Of a stretch of DNA of 64,000 bases, positions 36,746-47,248 are shown in pieces. Source of the DNA: Kibdelosporangium banguiense (GTDB lineage Bacteria; Actinomycetota; Actinomycetes; Mycobacteriales; Pseudonocardiaceae); contig NZ_JAGINW010000001.1 in NCBI RefSeq assembly GCF_017876405.1, positions 693,203 to 757,202 on the forward strand, in the 5' to 3' direction. Below the pieces are notes generated by a model. That model had not been told where the DNA came from, made no database searches, and saw only the letters and a program-made list of their open reading frames with translations. The translations under genes were made by a program, and so were the position numbers. Numbering within the stretch: position 1 is the stretch's first letter; the number at the start of each line of letters is the position of its first letter.

Positions 36746-38527
36746 CTATCGGTGCAGGACCGGCTTCAGCGGCTGGCTGAGATGGTCGATGACCTGCTCC
36801 AGCAACGGGTTGCTTTCCGCGGTGCGGGCGGCCAGCAGGTTGCGCGGCAACGGCATCGCGCGGCCGTCGAGCGGGCCCTTGACCTCGTAGACCGAGCCGT
36901 CCTCGGGCAGCGGCGACGTGCCACAGATCTGGTCGCGGCCAGGCAGTTCACCGTTGAACACGAACCGGTCGCCGATGTCGGCGACACACGACGACGGGCC
37001 GAGGATGTACTGACCGTGCTGGCCTTCGTCGTCAATGGACACCAGCCGGGACGCGCCTGAAATGTCCTTGTGGGTCCGCAAAGCGCCTTCGTAGGCGGTC
37101 TGCGGGTCGATCTCGCTGTGCACCATCAGCAGGCGCGGCGAGCCCTTCAGGTCCAGCTTGCGGTCCTGTGGCTGATACGGCCAGAAAGCGCAGAACGGCA
37201 CGCCGTTGAGGTAGCCGAACCACGGATTGCGCTTGGTCATCTGGTCGGCTTCACGCGTGTAGAAGCGCGGGTCCTTGTTCCAGGCAGTGTCATTGCACCG
37301 CACGACCGTACCGCTTGCACCGAGGTTCACGACCTCGTCGGCAGCGGCCACGGCGGGCACGCCGTACCTGGCCTTGGTCGCGGCGAGCGTGTCGTACTTC
37401 TGCAGCTCAGGCGCGAGCCGTGCCCAGGCGCGGTCGACGTGCCCTCCGTCGATCCGGCCGCTGGCCGATGGCGCTTTGACGTACTCGTCGTGCACGAGGA
37501 TGTCGACCGTCGCGCGGATGAAGCGGCGGTTGTTACCGATCACGCCGGCGACGTTGCCGTCGAGGCCGTCACCGCGGACCGAACTGGTGCCTGCCTTCTG
37601 CAGCTCGACCAGTTTGGCCCTGATCCGCTGGTAGGTGGCCTGCACCTGCTGCGGGGTGGAGCCGAGGCCGCTGATCTGGTCGGCGTGCCGGGCGATCCAC
37701 GGCAGCAGCTGCGTGTCGTAACGCCGTTGGTAGGACCACGGATCGAAGTTCACGTTGTCCCACTGGCTGTGCGTCCAGTCCATATTGGAGTCGATGACGA
37801 ACCGGCCGACACGCTGCGGGTACGAGTCGGCATACCAGCCACCGAGCCAGGTTCCGTAGCTGTAGCCGATGAAGTTCAGCAGCCGGGCGCCGTTGAGCGC
37901 CCGCAGGAACTCCATGTCGTACACGGTCTGCTGGCTGCTCACGAACTGGGCGAACTCGGTGGACGCACAGGCCTTGGCGAGCAGCTTCGCCTCGGCGATC
38001 TCCGTGCGGTGCGTCTGCTCGGTGCGCTCGCGGTAGTCCAGAGTGGTCGGCAGGGCGTTCAGTTCCTCGGTCGTGGTCAGGCACTGCAGCGGCTCGCTGC
38101 GGCCGAACCCGCGCGGGTCGAAGCCCATCAGGTCGTATTCCTGGAACAGGCGCTGTTTGGTGGTGGCCAGGGTCGCGGTGAAGTTCAGGCCCGCACCACC
38201 GGGGCCGCCGGGGTTGCTGGTCAGCAGGCCTTTGGACGTCCCCAGGGCCTTGCTGCGTGAGATCGCCAGGCTGATGTCGCGGTGCCCGTCCGGGTTGTGC
38301 CAGTCCATCGGGACCTTGACCACCGCGCACTCGGTCGTCGGCGCCTGCGGGTAGGAGGCCTTGATCTGGGCGTCGAAGGAACAGACGCTCCAGGAGACCG
38401 GCTGGTCGAGGTAACGCCGTGCAATTGCCGGGTTGGCCGGGTCGCCGCCGCGCTGGTACTGCGGATCGGCCGCGCTCGCCGGCGCCAACGCCGTTATCAC
38501 CATGGCGGAAGAGGCGATGACCGACAT
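36746..38527 (-). CDS. secreted alpha/beta hydrolase, S33 tripeptidyl-aminopeptidase-like (paralog of 17142..18714)
   Basis: There is a signal peptide (MSVIASSAMVITALAPASA), LLTSNPGGPGGAGL, and the nucleophile elbow GYSYGTWLGG. Confidence 0.75.
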   Translation of the reverse strand: MSVIASSAMVITALAPASAADPQYQRGGDPANPAIARRYLDQPVSWSVCSFDAQIKASYPQAPTTECAVVKVPMDWHNPDGHRDISLAISRSKALGTSKGLLTSNPGGPGGAGLNFTATLATTKQRLFQEYDLMGFDPRGFGRSEPLQCLTTTEELNALPTTLDYRERTEQTHRTEIAEAKLLAKACASTEFAQFVSSQQTVYDMEFLRALNGARLLNFIGYSYGTWLGGWYADSYPQRVGRFVIDSNMDWTHSQWDNVNFDPWSYQRRYDTQLLPWIARHADQISGLGSTPQQVQATYQRIRAKLVELQKAGTSSVRGDGLDGNVAGVIGNNRRFIRATVDILVHDEYVKAPSASGRIDGGHVDRAWARLAPELQKYDTLAATKARYGVPAVAAADEVVNLGASGTVVRCNDTAWNKDPRFYTREADQMTKRNPWFGYLNGVPFCAFWPYQPQDRKLDLKGSPRLLMVHSEIDPQTAYEGALRTHKDISGASRLVSIDDEGQHGQYILGPSSCVADIGDRFVFNGELPGRDQICGTSPLPEDGSVYEVKGPLDGRAMPLPRNLLAARTAESNPLLEQVIDHLSQPLKPVLHR

Positions 38528-38682
38528 GAAGTCACGTAACCGTAAACGTCGTGGAGCCATGCGGTATCCCTACAGCACTCAAAGCGACCGCGGGAGAGCA
38601 CAACGTCGCAAATACTTACCGTGACCGGCGGTCACTCCCCGAAGAAACTAGACTTCAGGCGAGTCGTGAGGAAGGGATCTTC

Positions 38683-39663
38683 GTGGAGAACAGGACCATC
38701 GGCCGGATCGGGCAGGACGTCTCGGTCATCGGCCTCGGCACATGGCAGCTCGGCGCCGACTGGGGCGACGTCAGCGAGACCGAGGCGCTGGCGCTGCTGG
38801 AGGCCGCGGTCGAGACAGGCGTCAATTTCTTCGACACCGCGGACGTCTACGGCGACGGCCGCAGCGAGCAGCTGATCGCCAAGTTCATCCACGGCCGTTC
38901 TGACCGGCCGTTCGTGGCGACCAAGATGGGCCGCCGAATGGCCCAGGAGCTGGGTAATTACACAATGGCGAACTTCCGCCAGTGGAACGACCGCTCGCGC
39001 AAGAACCTCGGCATGGACACCCTGGACCTGGTCCAGCTGCACTGCCCGCCGCCGTCGGTGATCGCCTCCGACGCCGTGTTCGACGCACTGGACACATTGG
39101 TGGACGAGAAGAAGATCGCAGCCTACGGCGTGAGCGTGGAGACAGTGGCCGAAGCCATGGCCGCGATCGCCCGGCCGAACGTGGCGAGCATCCAGATCAT
39201 CCTGAACGCCTTCCGCCGCAAGCCTTTGGAGCAGGTCCTGCCCGCGGCCGCGGCGGCCGGCGTCGGCATCATCGCCCGGGTCCCGCTGGCCTCAGGGCTG
39301 CTGTCGGGCCGGTACACGATGGACTCCGTGTTCCCGGCCGACGACCACCGTACGTACAACAGGCACGGCGAAGCCTTCGACGTGGGCGAGACCTTCTCCG
39401 GCGTCGACTACGAAACCGGCGTCGCCGCGGCCCAGGAGTTCTCCGCGCTGGCGCCGTCCGGCGTCACCCCTGCGCAACTGGCTTTGCGCTGGATCATTCA
39501 GCAGCCTGGTGTCAGCACCGTGATTCCTGGAGCCCGCAACGTCGCCCAGGCTCAGGCCAATTCGGCAGCCGCCGATGTGCCCGCGTTGTCCCCGGAGACC
39601 TTGACCGCCATCGAGGACCTCTACGACAGGCGGATCCGCGCCTCGGTGCACGACCGCTGGTGA
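38683..39663 (+). CDS. aldo/keto reductase
   Basis: The GTG at 38683 follows a GAGGAAGG RBS. IGLGTWQLG...GVNFFDTADVYGDGRSEQLIAKF...VIPGARNVAQAQANSAA. Confidence 0.85.
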   Translation: MENRTIGRIGQDVSVIGLGTWQLGADWGDVSETEALALLEAAVETGVNFFDTADVYGDGRSEQLIAKFIHGRSDRPFVATKMGRRMAQELGNYTMANFRQWNDRSRKNLGMDTLDLVQLHCPPPSVIASDAVFDALDTLVDEKKIAAYGVSVETVAEAMAAIARPNVASIQIILNAFRRKPLEQVLPAAAAAGVGIIARVPLASGLLSGRYTMDSVFPADDHRTYNRHGEAFDVGETFSGVDYETGVAAAQEFSALAPSGVTPAQLALRWIIQQPGVSTVIPGARNVAQAQANSAAADVPALSPETLTAIEDLYDRRIRASVHDRW

Positions 39664-39780
39664 ACTTGCGGGGTGAGTGGCTCGCCGCTCACCCCGCAAC
39701 CACATCGGGCCTTTCGGACGATCATGGGCCTGGACCTGAGATACTGGGGAGTGGTCCGTTTCACCCCGAGAGGAAGTCTG

Positions 39781-41660
39781 TGAGTACCCAGATCGAAACG
39801 CTTGAGTTTCAGGCCGAGGCACGCCAGCTGCTGCAGTTGATGGTCCATTCGATCTATTCGAACAAGGACATCTTTCTGCGTGAGCTGATCTCCAACGCGT
39901 CCGACGCACTCGACAAACTGCGGCTGGAAGCGTTCCGGGACAAAGAACTACAAGTCGACACCGATGACCTGCACATCGAACTCGAGGTCGACAAAGAGCA
40001 GCGCACGCTGACCATCCGGGACAACGGAATCGGCATGTCGCGGGCCGAGGTGGTCGACCTGATCGGCACGATCGCGAAGTCCGGGACCGCGGAGCTGCTG
40101 CGCAAGCTCAAGGAGACCAAGGACACCGCGGCCTCGCACGATCTGATCGGGCAGTTCGGCGTCGGGTTCTACTCGAGTTTCATGGTGGCCGACAAGGTCA
40201 CGCTGCTGACCCGCCGGGCCGGGGAAAGCCATGCGACGCAGTGGGAATCCAGCGGCGAGGGCACGTACACCATCGAATCGGTCGACGACGCCCCGCAGGG
40301 CACCTCGGTCCGGCTGCACCTCAAGCCCGAGGACGCCGAGGACCACCTTTTCGACTACACGGCGGAATACAAGATCCGCGAGATCGTCCGTCGTTACTCC
40401 GATTTCATCACCTGGCCGGTGAAGCTCGCGGTCGAACGGACCGAGAACGAAGAGACAAAGGTCGAATTCGAGACCGTCAACTCGATGAAGGCACTCTGGG
40501 CGCGCTCGAAGGACGACGCGACCGAAGCCGAGTTCAACGAGTTCTACAAGCACATCAGCCACGACTGGACAGATCCCCTTGAGATCATCCAGATGCAGGC
40601 CGAAGGCACGTTCGAATACCAGGCGCTGCTGTTCATCCCGTCGCACGCGCCGCTGGACCTGTTCATGCGCGAAAGCAAGCGCGGCGTGCAGCTGTACGTG
40701 AAGCGCGTGTTCATCATGGACGACTGCGAAGCGCTGATGCCGGAATACCTGCGTTTCGTCAAGGGTGTGGTCGACGCCCAGGACCTCTCGCTGAACGTGT
40801 CGCGGGAAATCCTGCAGCAGGACCGGCAGATCCAGCTGATGCGCCGTCGCCTGGTGAAAAAGGTGCTGTCGACGGTGAAGACGATGATGAACGACTCCGC
40901 GCGCTACGAGACGTTCTGGAAGGAGTTCGGCCCGGCGGTGAAAGAAGGGCTGATCAACGACTTCGACAACCGCGAGGCAATCCTCGAGATCTCGTCGTTC
41001 GCCTCAACGCATCACGCCACCGACCAGACCACACTGCGCCAGTACGTCGAGCGGATGAAGGACGGTCAGGAACACATCTACTACCTGACCGGCGCATCCC
41101 GCTCGATCATCGAGAACTCGCCGCACATGGAAGCCTTCACGGCCAAGGGCTACGAAGTCCTGATCCTGACCGACACAATCGACGAGATGTGGGTCAGCTC
41201 GGTCAACGAGTTCGACGGCAAGTCCTTCCAGTCCATCGCCAAGGGCCAGGTCGACCTCGACCCGTCGGACAAGGAGAAGACCGACCGCGAGGACTTCACG
41301 GACCTGTTGGCCTGGATGACGGAAACGTTGAAGGACAACATCAAGGAGGTCCGCCTGACCGCGCGCCTGACCACATCACCGGCCTGCATCGTCGGCGACT
41401 CGAACGACGTGACCCCCACCCTGGAAAAGATGTACCGAGCCATGGGCCAGGACATCCCCCAGATCAAGCGAATCCTCGAGCTGAACCCAGACCACCCCCT
41501 GGTGACCGGCCTGCGCGACGCCAAAGCCGCGAACAAAGAAGGAACAGCCGAAACCGCCGAACTCCTCTACGGAATAGCCCTCCTGGCCGAGGGCGGCGAA
41601 CTGGCCGACGCTCCCCGATTCACCCGCATCCTCGCCGAACGCCTCGCCCACACCCTCTGA
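39781..41660 (+). CDS. htpG: molecular chaperone HtpG (Hsp90)
   Basis: The GTG at 39781 follows a GAGAGGAAG RBS. The Bergerat ATP-binding motifs FLRELISNASDALDKLR and GQFGVGFYSSFMVADKV are present. The protein is 626 aa. Confidence 0.9.
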
Positions 41661-41667
41661 CCACTTC

Positions 41668-41705
41668 ACCGCCAAGCCGGGGTCTGGGCCCCGGCTTGGC
41701 GGTGA
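41668..41705 (+). terminator. strong terminator hairpin after htpG (caccgccaagccgggg ... ccccggcttggcggtg)
   Basis: A perfect 16-bp stem. Confidence 0.6.
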
Positions 41706-41875
41706 ACCATCCAAGCGATCCCTGCACCTCGGCCCGGCCATCCGTATGATCGCGCCCCGGCCCCCATCCGAGTAATCCCCGCACCCCGGGCCCTCGGCCG
41801 CCCGAGTGAGCCCGCGCCCAACTCTTCGCCATCCGAATGACCAGCCCTTCGCCATCCGAGGTTTGCCCGCCCGGC
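41706..41875. repeat. degenerate tandem array of about six CCATCCGAnTnAnC-type units at 25-35 bp spacing
   Basis: The units are ccatccaagcgatccc, ccatccgtatgatcgc, ccatccgagtaatccc, gcccgagtgagcccgc, ccatccgaatgaccag and ccatccgaggtttgcc. They lie in a convergent intergenic region. Confidence 0.5.
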
Positions 41876-41895
41876 CAGGGCATGTCTTGCAACAA

Positions 41896-42630
41896 TCACA
41901 TCGGGTGTTCCATCCAGACGTTCGGTTCGACGTAGACGCCGTAGTCTCGTTCGACCGAAGCGATGATGGGGGCGATGCCGCCGGGGAAGATGTTGTCGCC
42001 GTCGGCTAGTTTGACGCCGGTCCAGTCGCGCCAGTCCGCCAGGGAGCCGGAGATTGTCACGGCGAATGGACAGATTTTGAGTATTTTTGCACCCAGGCGT
42101 TCGTGGGTACGCAACCAGCGGTCGGCGAGCAGGCCGTCGTCCCGGCGCCGGTTGGCGTAGTCGGGCATCGGGACTTCCGGTTCTTGTTCCTTGCCGATCG
42201 GGCGGACTGAGACGATCAGCTTTTGCAGGCCGGTTTCGGCTGCTCGGGCTTTCAGTGCCTTCAGCATGGGTGCCGACAGGCCTCGGCCGCGGTGGTCTGG
42301 GTTGATCACGACTTCGAGGGCGCACAGCGCGTTCGGCGCGCGACCGTCCATTTTGTCCTGGGCGGCCCATTGGATTGCCTCGTCCCAGCCATGGTCGGGC
42401 AGTTCGGGGCGGTCTTCGGCCGGATAGGCCAACGGTACCGACAGCGCCCGGGCGATCGGTACGTCGTCCTCGATCGCGATCAGGAAGTAGCGGGCCCAGT
42501 GCTGCCGGAACCGCTCCAGCGTGATCATCTTGCCGCTGGAGCCGCGGTAGATGAACTCGCCGCCGACGTCACCGAGGTTCAGGGCCGCGTCCGCCAGATC
42601 GGGCCGGCTCGCAAGATCGACGATCTCCAT
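41896..42630 (-). CDS. GNAT family N-acetyltransferase
   Basis: The acetyl-CoA-binding-like region reads ALEVVINPDHRGRGLSAPMLKALKARAAETGLQKLIVSVRP. Confidence 0.65.
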   Translation of the reverse strand: MEIVDLASRPDLADAALNLGDVGGEFIYRGSSGKMITLERFRQHWARYFLIAIEDDVPIARALSVPLAYPAEDRPELPDHGWDEAIQWAAQDKMDGRAPNALCALEVVINPDHRGRGLSAPMLKALKARAAETGLQKLIVSVRPIGKEQEPEVPMPDYANRRRDDGLLADRWLRTHERLGAKILKICPFAVTISGSLADWRDWTGVKLADGDNIFPGGIAPIIASVERDYGVYVEPNVWMEHPM

Positions 42631-42757
42631 GCGGACAGCTAACCGAAACGTCCCATGTCCGGATAGCTACATCCGGGCGATCCTGATCGTTACTCTCGGT
42701 GCAATGGTGCCGGCCCGGCGGTGCGCTGACCGCCGGGCCGGACTGATCACGGGAAAT

Positions 42758-43270
42758 CTAGCTGATGTTCAGGTCGACACAGACGTAGAAGGCGTTGGCG
42801 GTGTCGGCGATGTTCCAGATCGCCAGCAGCTTCTGCCGGCCTGTGCGGCCGAGGTTGACGTTGTGCGTGACGGTCGAGCCGGGGATGGCTCCGCCGTCGT
42901 TGAACGACGCGACACGTGCGCCACCGATGTAGTACTCCCAGGTGCTCGTGCGGTGGCGGGCGGTCAGGTTCCAGCGGAATGTGGTGGTACGACTGACGTT
43001 CTGGACACGCCAGCCCTTGCCGTCGTTGTTCAGCTCGGCGAAACGGCCGACGTTGCCGTGGCAATTGCGCAGGCCCTTGGGGCCCTCGACGCTCTGGGGC
43101 TCGTACTTGATCTCGCCGCAGCTGACGGTCCCGGCGCGGCATTGTTCCTGGCGGCTGGCCGGGCTGGTGATCCAGCCGTGGGCGCTGGCTGTGCCGGCAG
43201 GCATGACAACAGTGAGCAATGGAGCTACGAGAACACCTATCAGTGCGGCGATGAATCTGCGTTTCGACAT
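42758..43270 (-). CDS. lytic polysaccharide monooxygenase (AA10 / chitin-binding CBP21-like), single-domain
   Basis: ORF 42758..43426, trimmed to the ATG at 43270 (AGGAGGAG RBS). The signal peptide ends ...GTASA. The mature protein begins HGWITSPASRQ, the His1 copper brace hallmark. The mature size is about 140 aa. Confidence 0.7.
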   Translation of the reverse strand: MSKRRFIAALIGVLVAPLLTVVMPAGTASAHGWITSPASRQEQCRAGTVSCGEIKYEPQSVEGPKGLRNCHGNVGRFAELNNDGKGWRVQNVSRTTTFRWNLTARHRTSTWEYYIGGARVASFNDGGAIPGSTVTHNVNLGRTGRQKLLAIWNIADTANAFYVCVDLNIS

Positions 43271-43450
43271 TCCAGCTCCTCCTGTTAAAGAGACGAGCTG
43301 CGGTTCCCGCGGGCGGCGGTATGTCGGCAGCGCGGGACGTTGCCGACACTGGAACACAGGGACCACTGCAGGGGTTTGTGGTCTAGACCATACTGCGCGG
43401 GTGAAGTACCGGTCAAGAGATGTCAAAACGCCGTGCTGCCGAGAAACGCT

Positions 43451-44107
43451 TCAGGAGATCGCAAGCGGCCCGATCCCGGCCAGCAGCCGCTCAGCCATGA
43501 TCAACGCTGTGACGTAGTAGCGCTGAATCCTGGGCACGAACGACTCCGTGGTCACGGCCATGTCGAACGGTTCCCACGCTCCATCAGCGCTGAACCGGTA
43601 GCCGGACAAGGTGAGTTCCCGCACTGAGCCGTCGAACAGTTGGTATCCGTCGGTTATCGGCAGCCACACAAGCCCGACGACTTCCCCAGGATCGGCCTGG
43701 TACCCGCTCAGCGGAACATCGCACCGCAGCAGGTGAACGGACTGGAACTCCCGGTTGAGGTGACCGTTGGTCAGGTCGGCCACCTCGACCCGTTCGCCCA
43801 GGAAATGCAACTCCTCCACAGCAACGGGAATGCCGAGCTCCTCGGTGATCTCCCGGGCGCCTGCCAGGACGGATTCGCCTGCCTCAAGATGGCCGGCCGC
43901 ACTGACGTCGAGCAGACTGGGATAGCCGGCAGAAGAGGGCGAGCGTTTCTGCAGCAGCACCTTTCCGTCAGCGGATACCACCCAGCAGTGGAACGCGCGG
44001 TGCCATTGGCCCGTGAGGTGCGCCTGCACCCGTTCCATCACGCCGAGGTGTGCCAGGTTCGCGTCGTAGATGTCGATGTTCTCAGCCACTGGTCCAGTGT
44101 GCTGCAT
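43451..44107 (-). CDS. NUDIX hydrolase
   Basis: The Nudix box-like sequence is GHLEAGESVLAGAREITEELGI. Confidence 0.65.
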   Translation of the reverse strand: MQHTGPVAENIDIYDANLAHLGVMERVQAHLTGQWHRAFHCWVVSADGKVLLQKRSPSSAGYPSLLDVSAAGHLEAGESVLAGAREITEELGIPVAVEELHFLGERVEVADLTNGHLNREFQSVHLLRCDVPLSGYQADPGEVVGLVWLPITDGYQLFDGSVRELTLSGYRFSADGAWEPFDMAVTTESFVPRIQRYYVTALIMAERLLAGIGPLAIS

Positions 44108-44136
44108 GTCCGGCGTCGATCAACAAGGATGGCGGT

Positions 44137-45336
44137 ATGAGCCTAAGTCACCTGTCGCATTTGGACTGCCCGCGGTGCGGACGGCAGTACGACGCGGACG
44201 TGATCAACAACCTCTGCGAGTGCGGTTCTCCCCTGCTGGCCCGCTACGACCTGGCTTCCATCACGACCCGGCCCGGCGATATCGCGGCACGGCCGCACAC
44301 CATGTGGCGTTATCACGAGGTCCTGCCGGTCCGGGAGCGCGTGATCAGCCTCGGCGAAGGCATGACTCCGTTGCTCCCCCTGCAACGGCTGGGCCTGGAG
44401 CTCGGTGTGCCCGGGTTGTTGATGAAGGACGACGGCCTCATCCCGACCGGCTCGTTCAAGGCACGCGGCGCTGCAGTGGGCGTGTCCCGCGCCGCCGAGC
44501 TCGGTGTGAGCGCTTTTGCCATGCCCAGCAATGGAAACGCGGCATCAGCATGGGCCGCGTACGGCGCGCGGGCAGGTCTGCGCAGCGTCGTAGCAATGCC
44601 AGTCGATGCACCGAGCATCACACGAACCGAGACCGTCATCAGCGGGGCTCAGCTCTACCTGGTCCGTGGTCATATCGGTGATGCGGGCCGGATGATCGCG
44701 GATCTCATCGCACGATCGGGCGGTGCATTGTTCGATGCTTCGACGTTGAAAGAGCCGTATCGCATCGAGGGCAAGAAGACAATGGGGTACGAGATCATCG
44801 AGCAACTCGGCTGGCGCTGCCCGGACGTGATCGTCTATCCGACCGGTGGTGGCGTCGGGCTGATCGGTATCTACAAGGCGCTGCAGGAGATGCAGGAGCT
44901 GGGCTGGATCAGCGGGCCACTGCCCCGCCTGGTCGCGGTGCAATCAAGCGGCTGTGCACCGATTGTCCAGGCCTTTGAGGCCGGGAAACGGACCGCGGAG
45001 CAATGGCCCGATCCGCGAACCGTCGCGTTTGGACTGACTGTGCCGAAGCCGCTGGGCGATTTCCTCATCCTGGACGCGTTGTACGCGACCAAAGGAACAG
45101 CGGTCGCAGTCGACGACACCGACACAGTCGCCACCCAGGCCCGGTGTGCCCAGCTGGAAGGCGCCTTTGTCTGCCCTGAGGGTGCAGCGACCCTCGCCGC
45201 GGTCCGCAAGCTCCGTGAAAGCGGCTGGCTGGCCGAGAATCACCGTGTCGTCGTGCTGAACACAGGCGCAGGCATGAAGTACCCGTTCGAGGTGAGCGCC
45301 CCGGCGTTCGACCCGGCAGACACCTTGCCGGGGTAA
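44137..45336 (+). CDS. thrC: threonine synthase
   Basis: ORF 44050..45336, trimmed to the ATG at 44137 (MSLSHLSHLDCPRCGRQYD...). There is an N-terminal zinc-ribbon (CPRCG...CECGSPLL). The PLP-lysine region reads GSFKARGAAV and the glycine-rich loop reads VYPTGGGVGLIGI. Confidence 0.85.
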   Translation: MSLSHLSHLDCPRCGRQYDADVINNLCECGSPLLARYDLASITTRPGDIAARPHTMWRYHEVLPVRERVISLGEGMTPLLPLQRLGLELGVPGLLMKDDGLIPTGSFKARGAAVGVSRAAELGVSAFAMPSNGNAASAWAAYGARAGLRSVVAMPVDAPSITRTETVISGAQLYLVRGHIGDAGRMIADLIARSGGALFDASTLKEPYRIEGKKTMGYEIIEQLGWRCPDVIVYPTGGGVGLIGIYKALQEMQELGWISGPLPRLVAVQSSGCAPIVQAFEAGKRTAEQWPDPRTVAFGLTVPKPLGDFLILDALYATKGTAVAVDDTDTVATQARCAQLEGAFVCPEGAATLAAVRKLRESGWLAENHRVVVLNTGAGMKYPFEVSAPAFDPADTLPG

Positions 45337-45423
45337 CAGCGTGGTGGGGCCGCCACGCCGGCCCCACCACTCCCCCGTCCCCTCCGGGATCCCTAGGACG
45401 CGGGAGGTATGCCAGTGGTTCCC

Positions 45424-46563
45424 TCAACGGAAACTGAGCGCAGGATCTGACACGCTGCGCCCATCGAGCAGGTTCCATCGCACGGTCAGTTCAAGACCAC
45501 CCCCGGGATTCGCGCGAGCCGAAAGCGTCGCTCTGTGTACTCGTGCGATCGCCGCGACGATCGACAACCCAAGCCCTGCGCCGCCTCCGGTACGGCTTTG
45601 TAGCTGCCGGAACGGCTCGAACAGCTCCTCGACCCGCTCCTCCGGGACAACCGGCCCAGTGTTACGCACAGTCAGCACGCCGGTCGATGTAAGTCCGATG
45701 TAGACGGACCCGTCCGGGATGTTGTACCGGACAGCGTTCTGCACGAGGTTGGCCAGCAACTGGGTGAGCAGCACCGGATCTCCGGCCACGGTCACCGGCT
45801 CGGCTTCGACCGTGACCGTGAGGCCTGAGTCGGCTACCTCCGCCACGGCTTGGGTTGCCAGCACGTCCAGGGCCACGGGCTGGGTGACGTCCAGGCCGTG
45901 TTCGGCTTGGGCCAGCACCAGCAGGGAGTCGATCAGGCGCTCGGTCCGCCGGTTGTGAGTGAGCAGGGTTTCCCGGATCGCGGGCAGGTCGACCGGGTCC
46001 TCCAGGCCGATCTGGATCGCGGCCCGCTGGGTGGCCAGCGGTGTGCGCAGCTCATGGGCGGCGTTGGCGATGAACAAGCGCTGGCTTTCCACCGAGCGTT
46101 CCAGGCGGGCCAGCATCGCGTCGAACGTGTCGGCCAGGTGCCGTAGTTCGTCGTGTGGGCCTGTGGCCCCGATTCGCTCGTGCAAGTTGGACAAGGAGAG
46201 CCGACGCGCGGTCGCGGTGATGCCACGCAGCGGTCGCAGCATCCGGCCGGCCAGCCACCAGCCCGCCGCCACCGACAGCAGGCTCAGCACGATGATCGCG
46301 ATCGCCGTGACAATCCATTGGTACTCAACGACTTCATCGGGCAACTCAAGCACTGAACGGGCCGCCCGGCCGGCTGGCGGGTGCGGCAAGGGCGCAAGAT
46401 GTGGCGGAACGGCACCGGGAGGTGGCGCCGCGTCGATGTCGGAGACCCGGCTTTCCAGCTTCTTGCCCAATGACAGGTTCACCACGGTCACCAGAATCCC
46501 GGACGTGACCAGGAAGAGGCTGGTGTACAAGAGGGTCAGCCGCACCCGGATGGTTTGTTTCAT
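45424..46563 (-). CDS. two-component sensor histidine kinase
   Basis: An N-terminal TM segment and HAMP region are followed by the H-box (AANAAHELRTPLA) and HATPase motifs (GGGAGLGLSIVAAIARVH). Its start overlaps the response regulator stop (ATGA). Confidence 0.8.
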   Translation of the reverse strand: MKQTIRVRLTLLYTSLFLVTSGILVTVVNLSLGKKLESRVSDIDAAPPPGAVPPHLAPLPHPPAGRAARSVLELPDEVVEYQWIVTAIAIIVLSLLSVAAGWWLAGRMLRPLRGITATARRLSLSNLHERIGATGPHDELRHLADTFDAMLARLERSVESQRLFIANAAHELRTPLATQRAAIQIGLEDPVDLPAIRETLLTHNRRTERLIDSLLVLAQAEHGLDVTQPVALDVLATQAVAEVADSGLTVTVEAEPVTVAGDPVLLTQLLANLVQNAVRYNIPDGSVYIGLTSTGVLTVRNTGPVVPEERVEELFEPFRQLQSRTGGGAGLGLSIVAAIARVHRATLSARANPGGGLELTVRWNLLDGRSVSDPALSFR

Positions 46564-47213
46564 AACAGGTATCCAGCTCCCGGTAAGGTCCGGATGCACG
46601 GCGGGTCACCGAGTTTGGCCCGCAGCCGGCTGACGATCACGCGCACGACGGTGGTGAACGGGTCCGTGTGCTCGTCCCAGGCCTTCTCCAGCAATGTCTC
46701 CGCGCTCACGACTCCTCCGTTCGCTCGCATCAGAACTTCGAGCACCGCGTACTCCTTGAGCGACAACCGCAGATGGCGGCCGTCGCGCGTGACCTGCATG
46801 AGGTTTGTGTCCAGCACGATCCCGTGCCGTTGCAACGTCGGCGGCAGCGGAGCCTGGACACGTCGGCCCAATGCCTGCACGCGGGCGACCAATTCTTCGT
46901 AGTCAAAGGGTTTCGGCAGGTAGTCGTCGGCGCCGAGGGACAATCCGGCGACTCGCTGGGACACCGACGCGGCTGCTGTCAGCATCAGGATGCGGGTGGG
47001 GGAACGGGCCTGCACGAGGTCACGGCAGATCTCGTCGCCGTGGACCCCGGGCAGGTCCCGGTCCAGCACAAGCACGTCGTAGTCGTGCACCGCAAGCCGT
47101 TCCGCCGCTGCGGCCCCGTCGTAGACGACATCGACCGCCATGGCGTGCCGGCGCAGCCCCATCCCCACCAGATCGGCCAGATCCCGCTCGTCCTCTGCCA
47201 CCAGAACTCGCAT
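46560..47213 (-). CDS. OmpR-family response regulator
   Basis: The receiver domain reads MRVLVAEDERDLADLV...DVLVLDRDLPG. The winged-helix C-terminus reads LKEYAVLEVLMRANGGVVSAETLLEKAWD. Confidence 0.85.
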   Translation of the reverse strand: MRVLVAEDERDLADLVGMGLRRHAMAVDVVYDGAAAAERLAVHDYDVLVLDRDLPGVHGDEICRDLVQARSPTRILMLTAAASVSQRVAGLSLGADDYLPKPFDYEELVARVQALGRRVQAPLPPTLQRHGIVLDTNLMQVTRDGRHLRLSLKEYAVLEVLMRANGGVVSAETLLEKAWDEHTDPFTTVVRVIVSRLRAKLGDPPCIRTLPGAGYLL

Positions 47214-47248
47214 GCCGGCAGTCGACCGGACCAGCCGTAACGGCGGCG

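Noticed and set aside
38982-39780. N-terminal extension of the htpG ORF back to 38982
   Set aside because: The extension is read through the aldo/keto reductase gene in another frame. The real htpG start is the GTG at 39781, which has a GAGAGGAAG RBS and the canonical Hsp90 N-terminus.
41706-41875. Possible CRISPR array
   Set aside because: The repeats are short (about 14 nt), degenerate and irregularly spaced, and no cas genes are present. I report it as a degenerate tandem repeat instead.
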